A DNA stretch of 64,000 nucleotides from Octopus vulgaris (taxonomy: Eukaryota): assembly GCA_951406725.2 (NCBI GenBank), contig OX597820.1, positions 3,968,001 to 4,032,000 on the forward strand, written 5' to 3'. The first letter of the stretch is position 1. Every line of letters begins with the position of its first letter. A program made the position numbers and the translations under genes. The notes below the pieces were generated by a model. That model ran no database searches. It was not told the DNA's origin and saw only the letters and a list, made by a program, of their open reading frames with translations. Below, one piece after another: positions 13,601-25,378 of the stretch.

Positions 13601-16600
13601 TTACAGCCACATGGCTTCTCCGTGTTGGCATGTCTCTCAGAACGGTCCATTCTTTGGTGACGGGGTTGTAGCACTCAGTAGTCTTCAACTCAATGCCAGA
13701 ATAATCAGCACCACCAATCAAATAGAATAATCCTAAAATTATATTTTAAAATAAAATAAAATAACAAAATATGTTTCCATAAAATAAAATGCATCAATTT
13801 GATGGAATTATTTCTACGTTGTACAAATTCTAAAGTTATAAACATTATTATTATTATCATTGCTGTTCATCATCATCATCATCGTCGTTTAACGTCCGCT
13901 TTCCATGCTGGCATGGGTCGGACGGTTTGACTGAGGACTGGTGAGCCAGAAGGCTGCACCAGGCCCAGTTTCTTATATATTGAAATATCTTTTGCCAATG
14001 AAGACTAAATTTTCATTTGAATGACTAAAATGATCGCCTGAAAAGAGTAAATCTAAAAGTTTATGGTATTTGATATACCTGTATTCGTCAATATTATTCA
14101 AATGCATTTCACTGGCCACTTTGAGATTCTTAGTTTATTTTTTGTTTAAATAATGCAAATTATCTTGGTCATTTTCTTCTCCGTTTTTGTATGTGTCTAT
14201 ATCCCTTGGCTATTGCATATATATAAGGTTGGACAATTGCCATGCTGATGACAGTTACTGAGGCAGAAACATGTGACAACTACCCACTTATTTCCAGAAA
14301 CAATATGGTTTGTAAAGTTTGGAGAATTCTTGATTCTTATGATTATCTCCCCTTCTCAAGTGTAACTGGTCTTAACTGCCATTTGGTAATTCTGACACAG
14401 CCAAGAGTAGAAAAATTAGCAAAGAAACTTCAGGTGTGGCATCAAAGGGCCTTAGAATTAACTTAGTAAAGACCAAAGTCCTAGTAAGCAGGAAAGCCCT
14501 TCAAGGCAATGACCCTGTTGAATATGCAGGGAAAGTGTAGGTAAAAATGCCAAACAATGTACCCAGTTGCAAGCTATGGACACATGAGAGAGACAGTGGA
14601 ATCTGAGGAAGATTAAGAGAGAAAGTAGTCTTTGTGTGTGGTAGATGTGCAGGAACAGTAAGAACACACCGGAAATGGATTTCTTCAAATGTCCAGGAGG
14701 ATCCTTAGAAGTAGCAGATAGTTTCTGTTACCTAGGTGACCTAATTATCAAAGCAGGAGGATGCACTGAAAGCATAGTTGCTAGAATAAGAATCAACTGG
14801 GCAAAATTCAGAGAGCTGCTGCCTTTGTTGGTAAAAATAGGGCTTCTCCCTCAGAGTAAAGGGCAGATTGTATGAGGCTTGTGTATGAACTGCTATGCTA
14901 TGTGGTTGTGAAATGTGGGCTGTGAATGTAGAGGGCATGAGAAGGATTGAAAGAAATGGAGGTTGCATGCCTCTGCCGGATGTGAGCATGCATGATCGAG
15001 TGCAAATGTACAGCGAGAAAAACTGGGTAAAAGGGACATCTGATGTAGGGTGCAAGAGAGAAGACCCATCCATCTAAGTAAAATGGGGACCCTGAAGGCA
15101 TGTCATTTATGTTTTATGCCCCTCCACAACTCATCAGCCTAACTCTCCCCCATCCATGTCCCCTCCATCTCCCACGAACTTACCCACCCACTCATCCTGT
15201 CCAATCTTCTAAGTTGAGGGTATGCCTTAACACATCACCTTCACCATCCTCCAGATCTCTCTCTCTCCCCTTTCCCTTTTCCAACTGGGACGGACCATGT
15301 GTCTCCCCAATAACAAGGCACCTATATCTCTCCCTCTGTCGTTTCTCTAACCTTCCATTAACAGGTACAAAGATACTTTCCTCAATACTACGCCCCACTC
15401 AGTTGAGGGGCCTTTTCTTTCAAGATACTTGGTGACCTCATTGCTGCTGGGGCTGTTGTGGGTGCCATGTCAAAAGCACCCAGTACACTCTGTAAAATGG
15501 TTGGCATTAAGAAGGGTGTCGAACCATAGAAACCATGCCAAATCGGACAGTAGAGCTGGGTGTGGTCTCCTCGTTTGCCAGCTCCTGTCAAACTTCCAAC
15601 CCATGCCAGCATGGTAAATGGACAACGATCCTCTGAAGCCGGCAGCAGTAATTTTAATAAATCACAAATTTATGTTGTATGGTATTTGATATACTCTTAC
15701 TCTTTTACTTGTTTCAGTCACTTGACTGCGGCCATGCTGGAGCACCGCCTTTAATCGAGCAACTCGACCCCGGGACTTATTCTTTTGTAAGCCCAGTACT
15801 TATTCTATCGGTCTCTTTTGCCGAACCGCTAAGTGACGGGGGACATAAACACACCAGCATCGGTTGTCAAGCAATGCTAGGGGGACAAACACAGAAACAC
15901 ACACACGCATACATATATATAAACGACGGGCTTCTTTTAGTTTCCGTCTACCAAATCCACTCACAAGGCTTTGGTCGGCCCGAGGCTATAGTAAAAGACA
16001 CTTGCCCAAGGTGCCATGCAGTGGGACTGAACCCGGAACAATGTGGTTGGTAAACAAGCTACTTACCACACAGCCACTCCTGCGCCTATATACCTGTATT
16101 TGTCTATGCTTAACGTTTATTATGGGTTTGACACTTAAAGTTTTTCTTTCAACATCCCCCTCCCCCACAACCCCAACATAATATCCCTCTCCACCCCCCT
16201 CCAGTCAATAGTTTTGTTTGTTTGCTTGTTGTTGTTCATCTCAGCTCAGATCAGCTCAAGCCGGCCCATTAGCAAAAGCACACCAGTCATGACCATGCAG
16301 TATCTTTTTGCAGGCACAGCACATCAAGGACTACACTATACAAAGTCTCCTTCCCTTTTTTTGTTTTGAGAGAGAAAAAAATGATAGAGAATGATATGAG
16401 GGAGACTTTGATGTCATTTCTAGCAAGTCAAATGACAACATAGAAACACAGACTCGTTTGCAAGACTGATTGTATTTCTATCTTCAGTAGAACTCCAGAG
16501 GTCTTTGTAAATGGTTGGAAAGCTGTTCGGAGTTGAAGAAACTCAACCCATTCTCTCTTCTATGATTAAAGTTTAGGGTTTGCATAAAGCTGTTTGATAT

Positions 16601-19600
16601 TGTCAGGTCTGGGAAGGGAAGACAATGGGGCAGTTTGAACAGAGGGAGATTTTGCCACAAGGGCAGCACTTTAGGGGGAAGGGGACGAATTATGTCTTCC
16701 TTCAGAATATGAAGTGTTTAGTTTGTTGAGTGAGTTTATTTTGTTAACACTGTACGGTGACCTTGACATGGAGGTTGTGCAGGTAGAATGGCAAACATGT
16801 TGCTGTCAAATTTGTGCTTGGCTACACATTCAAAGAAAGGACAGGGGGGGATCTCTAGAGGAATGCACAGAACAAAAGGGAAGCAAACAAAAAAAAAAAC
16901 AAGGTCTCTTTGTGGCACAGAAACATTTCTTATTTTAAGCAGTAAAAGAGTTTAGATAAGTTTTGAGAATTAAGAGAGGCAGAGAGGAGGCCTGGAGTAG
17001 ACAGGGTAAGACAGTGGGTGTAATAGAGAACCTGTTGATAGCAACAACTCTGTTATCTGAAGATTCAGATGTAAACAATTCCATATAATAAAAAGAATGA
17101 ACCAAAGGCAAAATGGTAAGTTAATGCCATCATAACTTCCACTCACCTCTGATAATATATCGAGCACTCACCTTCTTCATGTTCAACATATCCCATGGCA
17201 TATCGCAGAGTATTTACTTTACCACACACCATCCACTGATCGAGTGTCGAGTCGTATTTTTCAATGGTGGCCCCCAACTCACTTCCAATCCAGCCTCCGA
17301 TTGCATATAAATGATACCTGTCCGCACATAATGCTAGATTACAACGAGGGAAATTCATACAAGCAATTCCACTCCATGCGCCAGTTGTCGGATCAAAACA
17401 TTCCACCGTATCACAGATCAATGAGTCATGCTCTCCCCCAGCAACAAAAACCTTTTTATTAAACACGGCAGTTCCATGGCCACTCCGAGCATCTTCAACG
17501 TCAGGCATAATCTTCCATTGCTTTTCAAACGTATCAAATTTTTCCACACAAGACAGGGTTTCACCATCGGCCCATTTTTTGCCTTGGAGTCGAGAGAATC
17601 CAGCAATTATGTATATGTTTTTGCAGGTTTGTAACCTAGGTCTCATTAGACTCGTCTTTAATCTGTTGTGTTTGTACATTTTATAGCAAATCACAGAGAG
17701 AGAAATATCATGTTCATTATCGCCTAAGTCAAAAGAGTTTTGAAGATATTCTTGCAGTTGGTGTTCTGCTATTAGAGGGAATCGAACAGGAGACATGACA
17801 TCCCAAATAAATACTTTCCGAGTTGCGATGTCATGCAGAAGCCACCTGAGCGCCAGGTGAAACACCTCCAGTTCGGTTCTTACATGCAAGTGTTCACTAC
17901 TTAAGAAATGGATCAGAGTTTCCTTAGGAAGATCAAAGAATTCTTCGGACTGTTCAACCTCTGCAAAGTGGCTGTAAATATATTTCTCTGCAGCATTCAG
18001 AACATCTTCACACGCATGTGCTTCAGCAAATATATAGATACCTGAAACGAAGGAGAAATGATAGGTCAGCAAAAACTGTAAACTTTGTCATAAACAGCTA
18101 AATAACCAAACTAGTAAATTGTTCATTCCCTAAAGATGTATGTTTGTTATCCCATGCTGGCACCATGTAAAATGCACCCAGGATACTTTGTCAAGTGGTT
18201 GGCATTAGGAAGGGCACCCAGCCATAGAAACCATGCCAAAACAAATAACTAGAGCCTGGTGCAGCTCTCAGGATTGTTAGCTCCATTTAAACCATCCAAT
18301 CCATGCCAGCATGGAAAATGGATGCTAAAGGATGATGATATGAGACAGAAGCAGTATTAGATTAAAATAGCCATCTGTGTATCATACTTAATGCAGATAC
18401 AAGAAAAGACCAATTTAACTGAGGTGTTCATCTGGGAATACTATTTCTTATGGATGCAATGTGTTTAATACCATAAATATATCAATAGCAAATGAAAATC
18501 ATCCAGCAGTGGCAGTGAGAAAGGTAGATGGACATTTCTGCCATGTTGGACTTTTATCAGTAGCATGGACCTACACTAGTCACATGTCAAGACAAAATTC
18601 ACTGCTACAGACACAAGTAAACAGTGACATAAAAGAAAAACCCCTTTCGCAATGGATCTGCATCGATACTTTCAACATTTAACCCTTTCATATTCAGATT
18701 ATTCTGTCAAACGTAATCAAATTGTTTTGAATTAATCCTGCAAAGACATCGTTAGCATTGAAATTTTGAGGATGTGATTGCTTATTCTTAGAATGACATT
18801 GTAGGATAAGTGTGCAAAGCCAGATCCGGCCAGTCTGAACATAAAACAGGTAGAATATTTGGGCCAGGTATGGCCTGTTTAAATGCTGAAGGGTTAAACC
18901 AGCCATATCCAGGGTCCAAATATTCTGCCTGTATTATGTTCAAACTGGCCAGATCCAGCCTCTCACACCTGTTCTACAATGTCATTGTAAAGGTAAACAA
19001 TCAAAATCTTGAAGCTCTGAGCTAATCCATGATCAATTCAAAACAAAGCGAACTAATAAACATTGCATTCAACAGAGTTAATCTGAAAGCTTAGAGGATT
19101 AAGCAGGAGACACAGATGGCCATTTAATCTAATGCTGCTTCTGTTGCATAAAATGAATTTTCATTGAGCCAGGCAGCCGAATCCAGAAATGGCCAGAACA
19201 AAGACACATGTTCTGATGGTGTAGAAAGTGTTGTTGCAGGCCATTTGTGGGTGAGTGCCGCCAAGGTTTTGTTATAATCACCACAGGATTCAAAGATAAT
19301 ACCTCATCACAGCCACTGGATTACAGTCGTGGGGGTAAGGCAGCGAATATGAATTGTTCCTTGTGGTTCAACTGAAATGCTTCCATTCACTCCGCATGTT
19401 GAGGGCTTAGCAACATAAAAGACATCGTCCAATACAAACAGTTTCTCTCACTCAAAAAGAAAATCCACCTCAGTTAAGCATGAAGAAATTGAAGTAAAAA
19501 AAAAGTTAAATATATACACACACACACATATATATATACACATGCACATTCATACATATGTATGCACACATCATCATCATCATCATCATTATTGGATGCT

Positions 19601-22263
19601 GGATGAAATGCTTAGCAGTATTTTGCCTGTCGCTATGTTCTGAGTTCAAACTGCACCAACGTCGACTTTGCCTTTCATCCGTTCAGGGTCGATAAATTAA
19701 GTACCAGTTGAACACTGGGGCTGATGTAATTGACTCGTCCCCTTCCCCCTAAAGTGCTGCCCTTGTGGCAAAATTTGAAACCATTACTATTATTATACAT
19801 ACGTTACCGCATCGCCTTACTGGCACATGAAACATTCGAGCGAGGTTGTCACCAGTGCCACTGGACTGGCTCCTGTGCAGGTGGCACGTAAAAACACCAT
19901 TTGGGCGTGGCCATTGTCAGTACCTCCTGACTGGCATGTAAAAGCACCCACTACACTCTCAGAGTGGTTGGCATTAGGAAGGGCATCCAGCTGTAGAAAC
20001 ACTGCCAGATCAGATTGGAGTTTGGTTTGCAAGACCTCAGTCAAATCGTCCAACCCATGCTAGCATGGAAAGCGGATGTTAAACAATGATGATGATACGA
20101 TTAGGTCTCCTCATTTCTATAGCAAGCCCTAACACTCAGTCCCTCAATCACTCCCTAACTGTCAACTGTTTTCTCCCCTGCCGCCACCCCCACGTCAAGA
20201 GGGATGAGACAAATCAAAGACTACTCTTACATACCAATGCAGTTGTCAACAGACAATTGTTGTTTGAGGTATTCACAGCAGAACGCCAACACTTCAGTCA
20301 CATCAAACATGTCAGCCGCAGACATGAGGTCCTGGCAATTCTCAGTACTTACTTCAATTTGACCTGAAATTATTAACAAAAACACACATTTAGGAAGCAA
20401 TAGAATTATAAAACATCGTCGTCGTCATCGTCATCATTAACTGCCTGTTTTTCCCACGTTGGCATGCATCAGATGAAGTAGGGCTTTATGTATATACCTT
20501 ATATTACCTATTTCTTTACTACCCACAAGGGGCTAAACACAGAGCAGACAAACAAGGACAGACAAATGGATTAAGTCGATTATATTGACCCCAGTGCGTA
20601 ACTGGTACTTATTTAATCGACCCCGAAAAGATGAAAGGCAAAGTTGACCTCGGCGGAATTTGAACTCAGAACGTAACGGCAGACGAAATACCGTTAAGCA
20701 TTTTGCCCGACGTGCTAACGTTTCTGCCAGCTCGCCGCCTTTATATACCTTATATTACCCTGCAGGAAAGCATTGGAGGGTTGGTAACAGGAAGAGCATC
20801 CAGCTGTAGAAAGTCTACCATGACAAATTCCTTCTGACCCATGACAGCATGAAAAAGTGGATGTTAAAATGATGATGATGAAATATATAGATATGTGAAT
20901 ACTTTCTCTTTTTTTATCCATGGTAAAGGTTCTGAAAATATTTTCTTCATTTTGTTTTGGTTTTTTTTTTTTCTATATTAATTTACTTGTGTGAAACCTC
21001 ATAAGCTTTTCAAACTGTATGTAAAGATCTGTGAGCGAACATTTAGAGTGTTGCCCTCGTGGTTGCAAGGCTGTGGTTCCGATTCCCAAACCAGCAGTGG
21101 ATTGTGATCTTGAGCAAAACACATCATTTCACATTGCCCCAGTCCACTCACCTGCAAATGGTTCACCCTGTGATGGAATGGCATTCTGTTCAGGAGGAAT
21201 GTTGGCCGGGTCACCTAGCTAGCAAGGTAGCATCATTTGAATACCACAATACTGTGAGGAAGCACATTGTAATCAGCGGCATATAACATCTGATAGTCTA
21301 GTCAATACAGCCTCACACACACACATTATATATATCAAAATAAGGAGTTATTAATAAAGGATTATCAATCTGGGTAAAATCATTCTCAAGCTATCTGTTA
21401 ATACAAATACACTAGGCTAAGAAAAGGTTTTCAGATTGGTATAGAACTCCAGGTAATCCTAAGGCAAGGTCCAAAGATGAAGACCATCACCAGTCAGTTT
21501 TGTAAATCCATGGTTGCACCTCCCCCCCGGTTAATCTGCTACCTTTTACACAAAGTGATCATACAAGAAAAGGCCTAAATAATAGGCTTTCCATATTTAG
21601 TTTTTAGTGCTTCACAGTCTTACAGTTGTTTCTGATATGTATTATAGGTGTGTTCATGGTTCTGTTTCCTCAACTGGTTTTTTGATCAACTGACAAAACT
21701 GAACGACCTTAATAAATGCTATCATCATCATCAGAGTCTGCGACACACACACACACACGTGCATAAATAAAGCTGCCATGATCACAGGTGGAATACCTCT
21801 GACCATAATTTTGCTCAATGAAAGTTGAACTGACACTAAACAACAACAAGAAAATCTAATGGTCTTTCATTTATATTTCAAATAAATTACAAAATCGTTT
21901 TGTCAGAAGAGCAAAAAAGTCAGAGCACTTACCTGTATAAAAGAAATGCAGAAGACTCTGAAAAGATTCTGGTTGTAATCCCTGCAAAGTGATGACTTTT
22001 TGGTCATTTTCTACTAAAGTACTAGTAAACATGGCATTAAAGTAAGAACTCCCAGCGGCCAGTACATTACGATGGGCATAAAAGGTTTTGCTACCCACTT
22101 GGATCTCAACATCACAAAGAAGCTGATCCTGCCAAAGAGAATATAAATTCTTCAAGACTCGGCATGCATAGCTATTAGTTTCTTTTGGAGACATATGATG
22201 GGTAGAAAGGTAACGCTGCGCCAGAGCCTTGGATTTCGGTAATTCCTGCATACAGGTTGCCAT
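10440..22263 (-). CDS. IPP: Actin-binding protein IPP / KLHL27 ortholog (BTB-BACK-6xKelch); join(22263..21933,20363..20235,18041..17172,13732..13512,10679..10440), 1791 nt, 596 aa
   Basis: Manual splicing gives one open frame with GT-AG introns and phases 1,1,1,0. Motifs recalled from vertebrate IPP match: GFSRLQGKKWADGETLSCVEKFDTF, GGEHDSLI, GGWIGSELGATIEKYD, C-terminal RCDTGIAVLL. Confidence 0.93.
10747..11097 (-). mobile_element. RTE 3' tail element in the IPP last intron
   Basis: (CAT)n start and reverse-complement core CTGGATGCCCTTCCTAATGCCAACCACTC. Confidence 0.78.
11345..11819 (+). mobile_element. RTE 3' tail element, inverted relative to 10747-11097
   Basis: Core motif and (GAT)n tail. 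Confidence 0.78.
12660..12800 (-). mobile_element. pogo/Tigger transposase N-terminal HTH relic
   Basis: VLSTEK...GRSLAVVGQEFDVNEPTIHS resembles the CENP-B/psq helix-turn-helix. Confidence 0.45.
12980..13379 (+). mobile_element. Full-length tRNA-derived SINE (family A)
   Basis: A-box TGGCTGTGTGGTAAG, B-box GGTTCAGTCCC, internal TA/TG microsatellite, 3' GCTCCAGCATGGCC...AAACAAGTAAAA. Confidence 0.85.
13512..13732 (-). CDS. IPP: IPP coding exon 4 (Kelch repeats)
   Basis: LFYLIGGADYSGIELKTTECYNPVTKEW...YAVGGCNE; TTTTAG| acceptor, |GTAAGT donor; 221 nt. Confidence 0.93.
14415..15070 (+). mobile_element. Degenerate RTE LINE fragment
   Basis: LEVADSFCYLGD...GGCTESIVARIRINWAKFRELLPLL matches the RTE ORF at 43611. 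Confidence 0.85.
15690..16086 (-). mobile_element. Full-length tRNA SINE (family A), inverted relative to 12980-13379
   Basis: Reverse complement of the 12980 copy over its whole length. Confidence 0.85.
17172..18041 (-). CDS. IPP: IPP coding exon 3 (BACK domain and first Kelch repeats)
   Basis: Lies within ORF 17143..18072; TTTCAG| acceptor, |GTGAGT donor; 870 nt. Confidence 0.95.
18679..19102. mobile_element. Two copies of a TTAA-type MITE in inverted tandem arrangement
   Basis: TTAACCCTTT...GAAGGGTTAA (18679-18897) followed by a diverged reverse-complement copy. Confidence 0.7.
20235..20363 (-). CDS. IPP: IPP coding exon 2 (BTB C-part: QIEVSTENCQDLMSAADMFDVTEVLAFCCEYLKQQLSVDNCI)
   Basis: 129-nt exon absent from the ORF track; TTTCAG| acceptor, |GTATGT donor, phase 1-1. 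Confidence 0.92.
20509..20741 (-). mobile_element. tRNA SINE (family B) with 18-bp target-site duplication
   Basis: TSD TATATACCTTATATTACC at 20491 and 20742; head GGCGGCGAGCTGGCAGAA...GAGTTCAAATTCC. Confidence 0.85.
21933..22263 (-). CDS. IPP: IPP coding exon 1 (BTB domain N-part); the exon probably extends as 5' UTR to an acceptor at 22482
   Basis: LCDVEIQVGSKTFYAHRNVLAAGSSYFNAMFT BTB motif; donor ACAG|GTAAGT; upstream acceptor TTTTTCCTATCTTTTCAG|G. Confidence 0.92.
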
Positions 22264-24229
22264 GAAGTTCTATGTTATAAACGTTTCTTTGAAACTCTTA
22301 TGTTTTTCTCGTGTGGATCCTTTGTTCCAGTTACGAGAACAAATCCAAAGTTGAGTATTTTCTGTCACAGACATAGAGTTGAGACTAAGAGTGATGCGAA
22401 ATAGCTATCGGTAGCTTTTAAGCTGTGGGTTATGAACATTTAAGCCATCAAAATAGCCAGAAGTCACGAAATGATTTTCAACCTGAAAAGATAGGAAAAA
22501 CATAGCAGAGACATCATTCATTGATTACAGGTGAAGATTGGTCTTGGGAATGTCTAAATTTATAGAAAATACCATTTGAAGTAGTTATGTAACTGTTGAG
22601 TCAACTTGAGTGGGTTTGGTAGAGGGAAACTGAATGAAGCCCATCATTATTTAATATTCATTTTCCATGCAGGTATGGGTTACATTGAGTTCCATGTCAG
22701 CTTTGGCATGGATTCTATGGCTGGATGGTCATATGCATGGATGCATGTGTATATGTGGGTGTGTATACCTGAGTGTGTGTATACCTGTGTCACCTTGCTT
22801 GCCATAGCACGACTGTTGTAAAATGATTGCTACTGTCATACAAGTAGGGTTATTCATTTCAAACATTCTGCAAAAACCATGTCTGGCCCTGGGGAAATAT
22901 TACCTCGTTTGGAAACGGGTGAGGGTTGGTGACAGGAAAGGCATCTGACCATAGAGTGTACGCCTGAATAAACTCTGTCTGACCCAATCAAGCATGGGAA
23001 AGTGGACATATGATGATATGAATATAAAGGATTATCATTTGTAGGTTTGTATGAATGTTGGAACACTTGAAAGGAACTGGATTAGGTCTCTTCTGATTTG
23101 GTGGGCAGGATTATTTCAATACTGATTACCTGCACATGGTTGGAGAATACAGGTTAAAATAGGAGAGAATTTAAAGATTAGACCTTTTCACAGGTTAATT
23201 CAAAGCAATAAAGGCAAGGTTTACATAAATCCGTTTGTAAAATGCACATTAATAATTAAATAGGAAAACGAACATGGATGTCAATGGAATAATTTGTGTT
23301 TGAGAGCCAAATGTGAGGCATTAGATAATGACAAGCTGTTAAGAGGAAACAATAGATAATGGATGTGTTTATGGAAATTTTGTGAAAATTATTCTGTCAA
23401 AGCTAAGACAAAAAGCTGGTGGTTAGCCAAATATGAGAGAGAGAGAGACAGAGAAAGGGTGGGGAGGAGGAGAATAAGATGTTTTAGGCATATCTACTGA
23501 TATAAGAAAGGATTTGTCTGGAGGTGAGAGAGAAAGAAAGATTTGTCTGGAGGGGAGTGAATGAAAAGATTCTTGCCTTGCTTAAAATATTGTAAATAAT
23601 GGCTCAAAACAGCAGGCGTTTCTGATAAAGCCAAACAGTAAATGTGACGGTGGTGAATCTCAAATGATCACAGGTTCTGTGTAACACAACAATGGCTCTT
23701 GGACTACTTGTTTGTAAGTCAGAATTTCTGATTGGTTGACACCTGAGACAATGGTTAAACCATCACGATTACCTGAGTCTGTAACGTACAAGTGTCTGAG
23801 TAAAAAAAATATGAATAAAAGTACTCAACACATGTAGAGTTTGTTCTTTTGTTCAAAGGCTAACAATTTACTCTGCTGTTATTTGATATTTCTTGCCAAA
23901 TGTGAATCTTCAGCTGACAAAAAGATGACTTCATCTGGAAGGAATGGATGTAATGAGAATCCCTAAACAACAACAAAGTGGATCCAGAGTTCTGATCGAA
24001 CGCATGGGCGAAGGTCAATAGTCGGGTGATGAATTTTTGATTACTAAATTTACCATGCTGTGAACAAACTTAAGACTCTCCTTATTCTGATGTAAATAAT
24101 AGAAGTAGTTCAATTGGTGCAATAAATTTTACTTTAACAGTTGAATCCAAAGGAACCAACAGTATTGGCAAGTAATACAAGTAATACAGGGGCCATATGG
24201 CGTAGTGATTAAGAGCATGGGCCACTAAC

Positions 24230-24780
24230 TAGTTTTTCTCCCTGGAATGTGGTGGAAGTTGTTCTCTGCACATTTTCAGTGTTTATTGCTCCTGAGCATC
24301 TGCCACATTTGTACAAAAACAATCTTCTCAGTTAGCCTTCCTTTAATATTGCTGCACCTCTTATGTGTCCATCTACCTACACCTTTTCTACAGATCAAGC
24401 AGGGTCATCTACCTGAAGGGATTTGTGGTTTGTCTGCCTTCCTACTTATTAGGGCTTTGGTTTTAGCTAGGTTGACTCTAAGGCCCTTCGATTCTAATCC
24501 TTGTTTCCACACCTGAAACGTCTCTAGTTCTGATAGTGACTCAGCAATTAGAGCAAGGTCATCAGCATTGAGGAGCTCCCAGGAGTATCCTGTCTTGAGT
24601 TCCTCTGTTATTGCCTGGAGGACTACGATAAATAGGAGGGGGCTGAGGACTGAACCTTGGTGGACCTCTACCTCTACCCTGAATTCTTCAGTGTACTCGT
24701 TGCCAACCCTCACCTTACAGCGTCCCTGTACATGGCTTGCACAGCTCTCACTAACCATTCATCTATCCCTAGTTTCCTCA
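24230..24780 (-). mobile_element. RTE LINE RT fragment
   Basis: VHQGSVLSPLLFIVVL...ELLNADDLAL. Confidence 0.88.
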
Positions 24781-25158
24781 AATATATATATATATATACA
24801 AGCTTCTTCCAGTTTCCATCTACCAAATCCATTCACAAGGCTTTGGTCAGCCTGAGGCTATAGAAGACACTTGTCCAAGGTGCCACGCGATGGGACTGAA
24901 CCCAGAGCCATGTTGTTGGGAAGCAAGCTTCTTACCACATAGCCATGTACTTGAAATTTACCAGTTAAATCAATAAATGATTTTTTTCTACTCTCACAGA
25001 CAATGCTACAGTTGTATGTCCCAACCGTTATTTTTCCACCTGTCACTTTCCTGTAACTTCAAAGTGCATCCTGAGATATCTTCACCATTTTCATCTTTTC
25101 CAACTGAGGCAACCATATTTCTCCTCTTCAGCAAGACACCTACTCATGTCCCTATATG

Positions 25159-25378
25159 TTTCTTTACTACCCACAAAGGGCTAAACATAGAGGGGACAAA
25201 CAAGGACAGACAAACGAATTAAGTCAATTACATCGACCCCAGTGCGTAACTGGTACTTATTTAATCGACCCCGAAAGGATGAAAGGCAAAGTCGACCTCA
25301 GCGGAATTTGAACTCAGAACGTAACAGCAGACGAAATACAGCTACGCATTTCACCTGGCATGCTAACGGTTCTGCCAT
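25159..25378 (-). mobile_element. tRNA SINE (family B)
   Basis: Nearly identical to 20509-20741. Confidence 0.8.

Noticed and set aside
17595-17612. First Kelch repeat has AG instead of the canonical GG
   Set aside because: Single tolerated-looking substitution (GCT codon, not correctable by A-to-I editing); no sign of pseudogenisation.
17143-18072. 309-aa ORF as a stand-alone gene
   Set aside because: It is IPP exon 3 with intronic read-through at both ends.
23773-23795. Possible 23-nt minus-strand micro-exon (TTTTACTCAG|...CAG|GTAATC)
   Set aside because: Splice-like words are common in AT-rich introns; no independent support.
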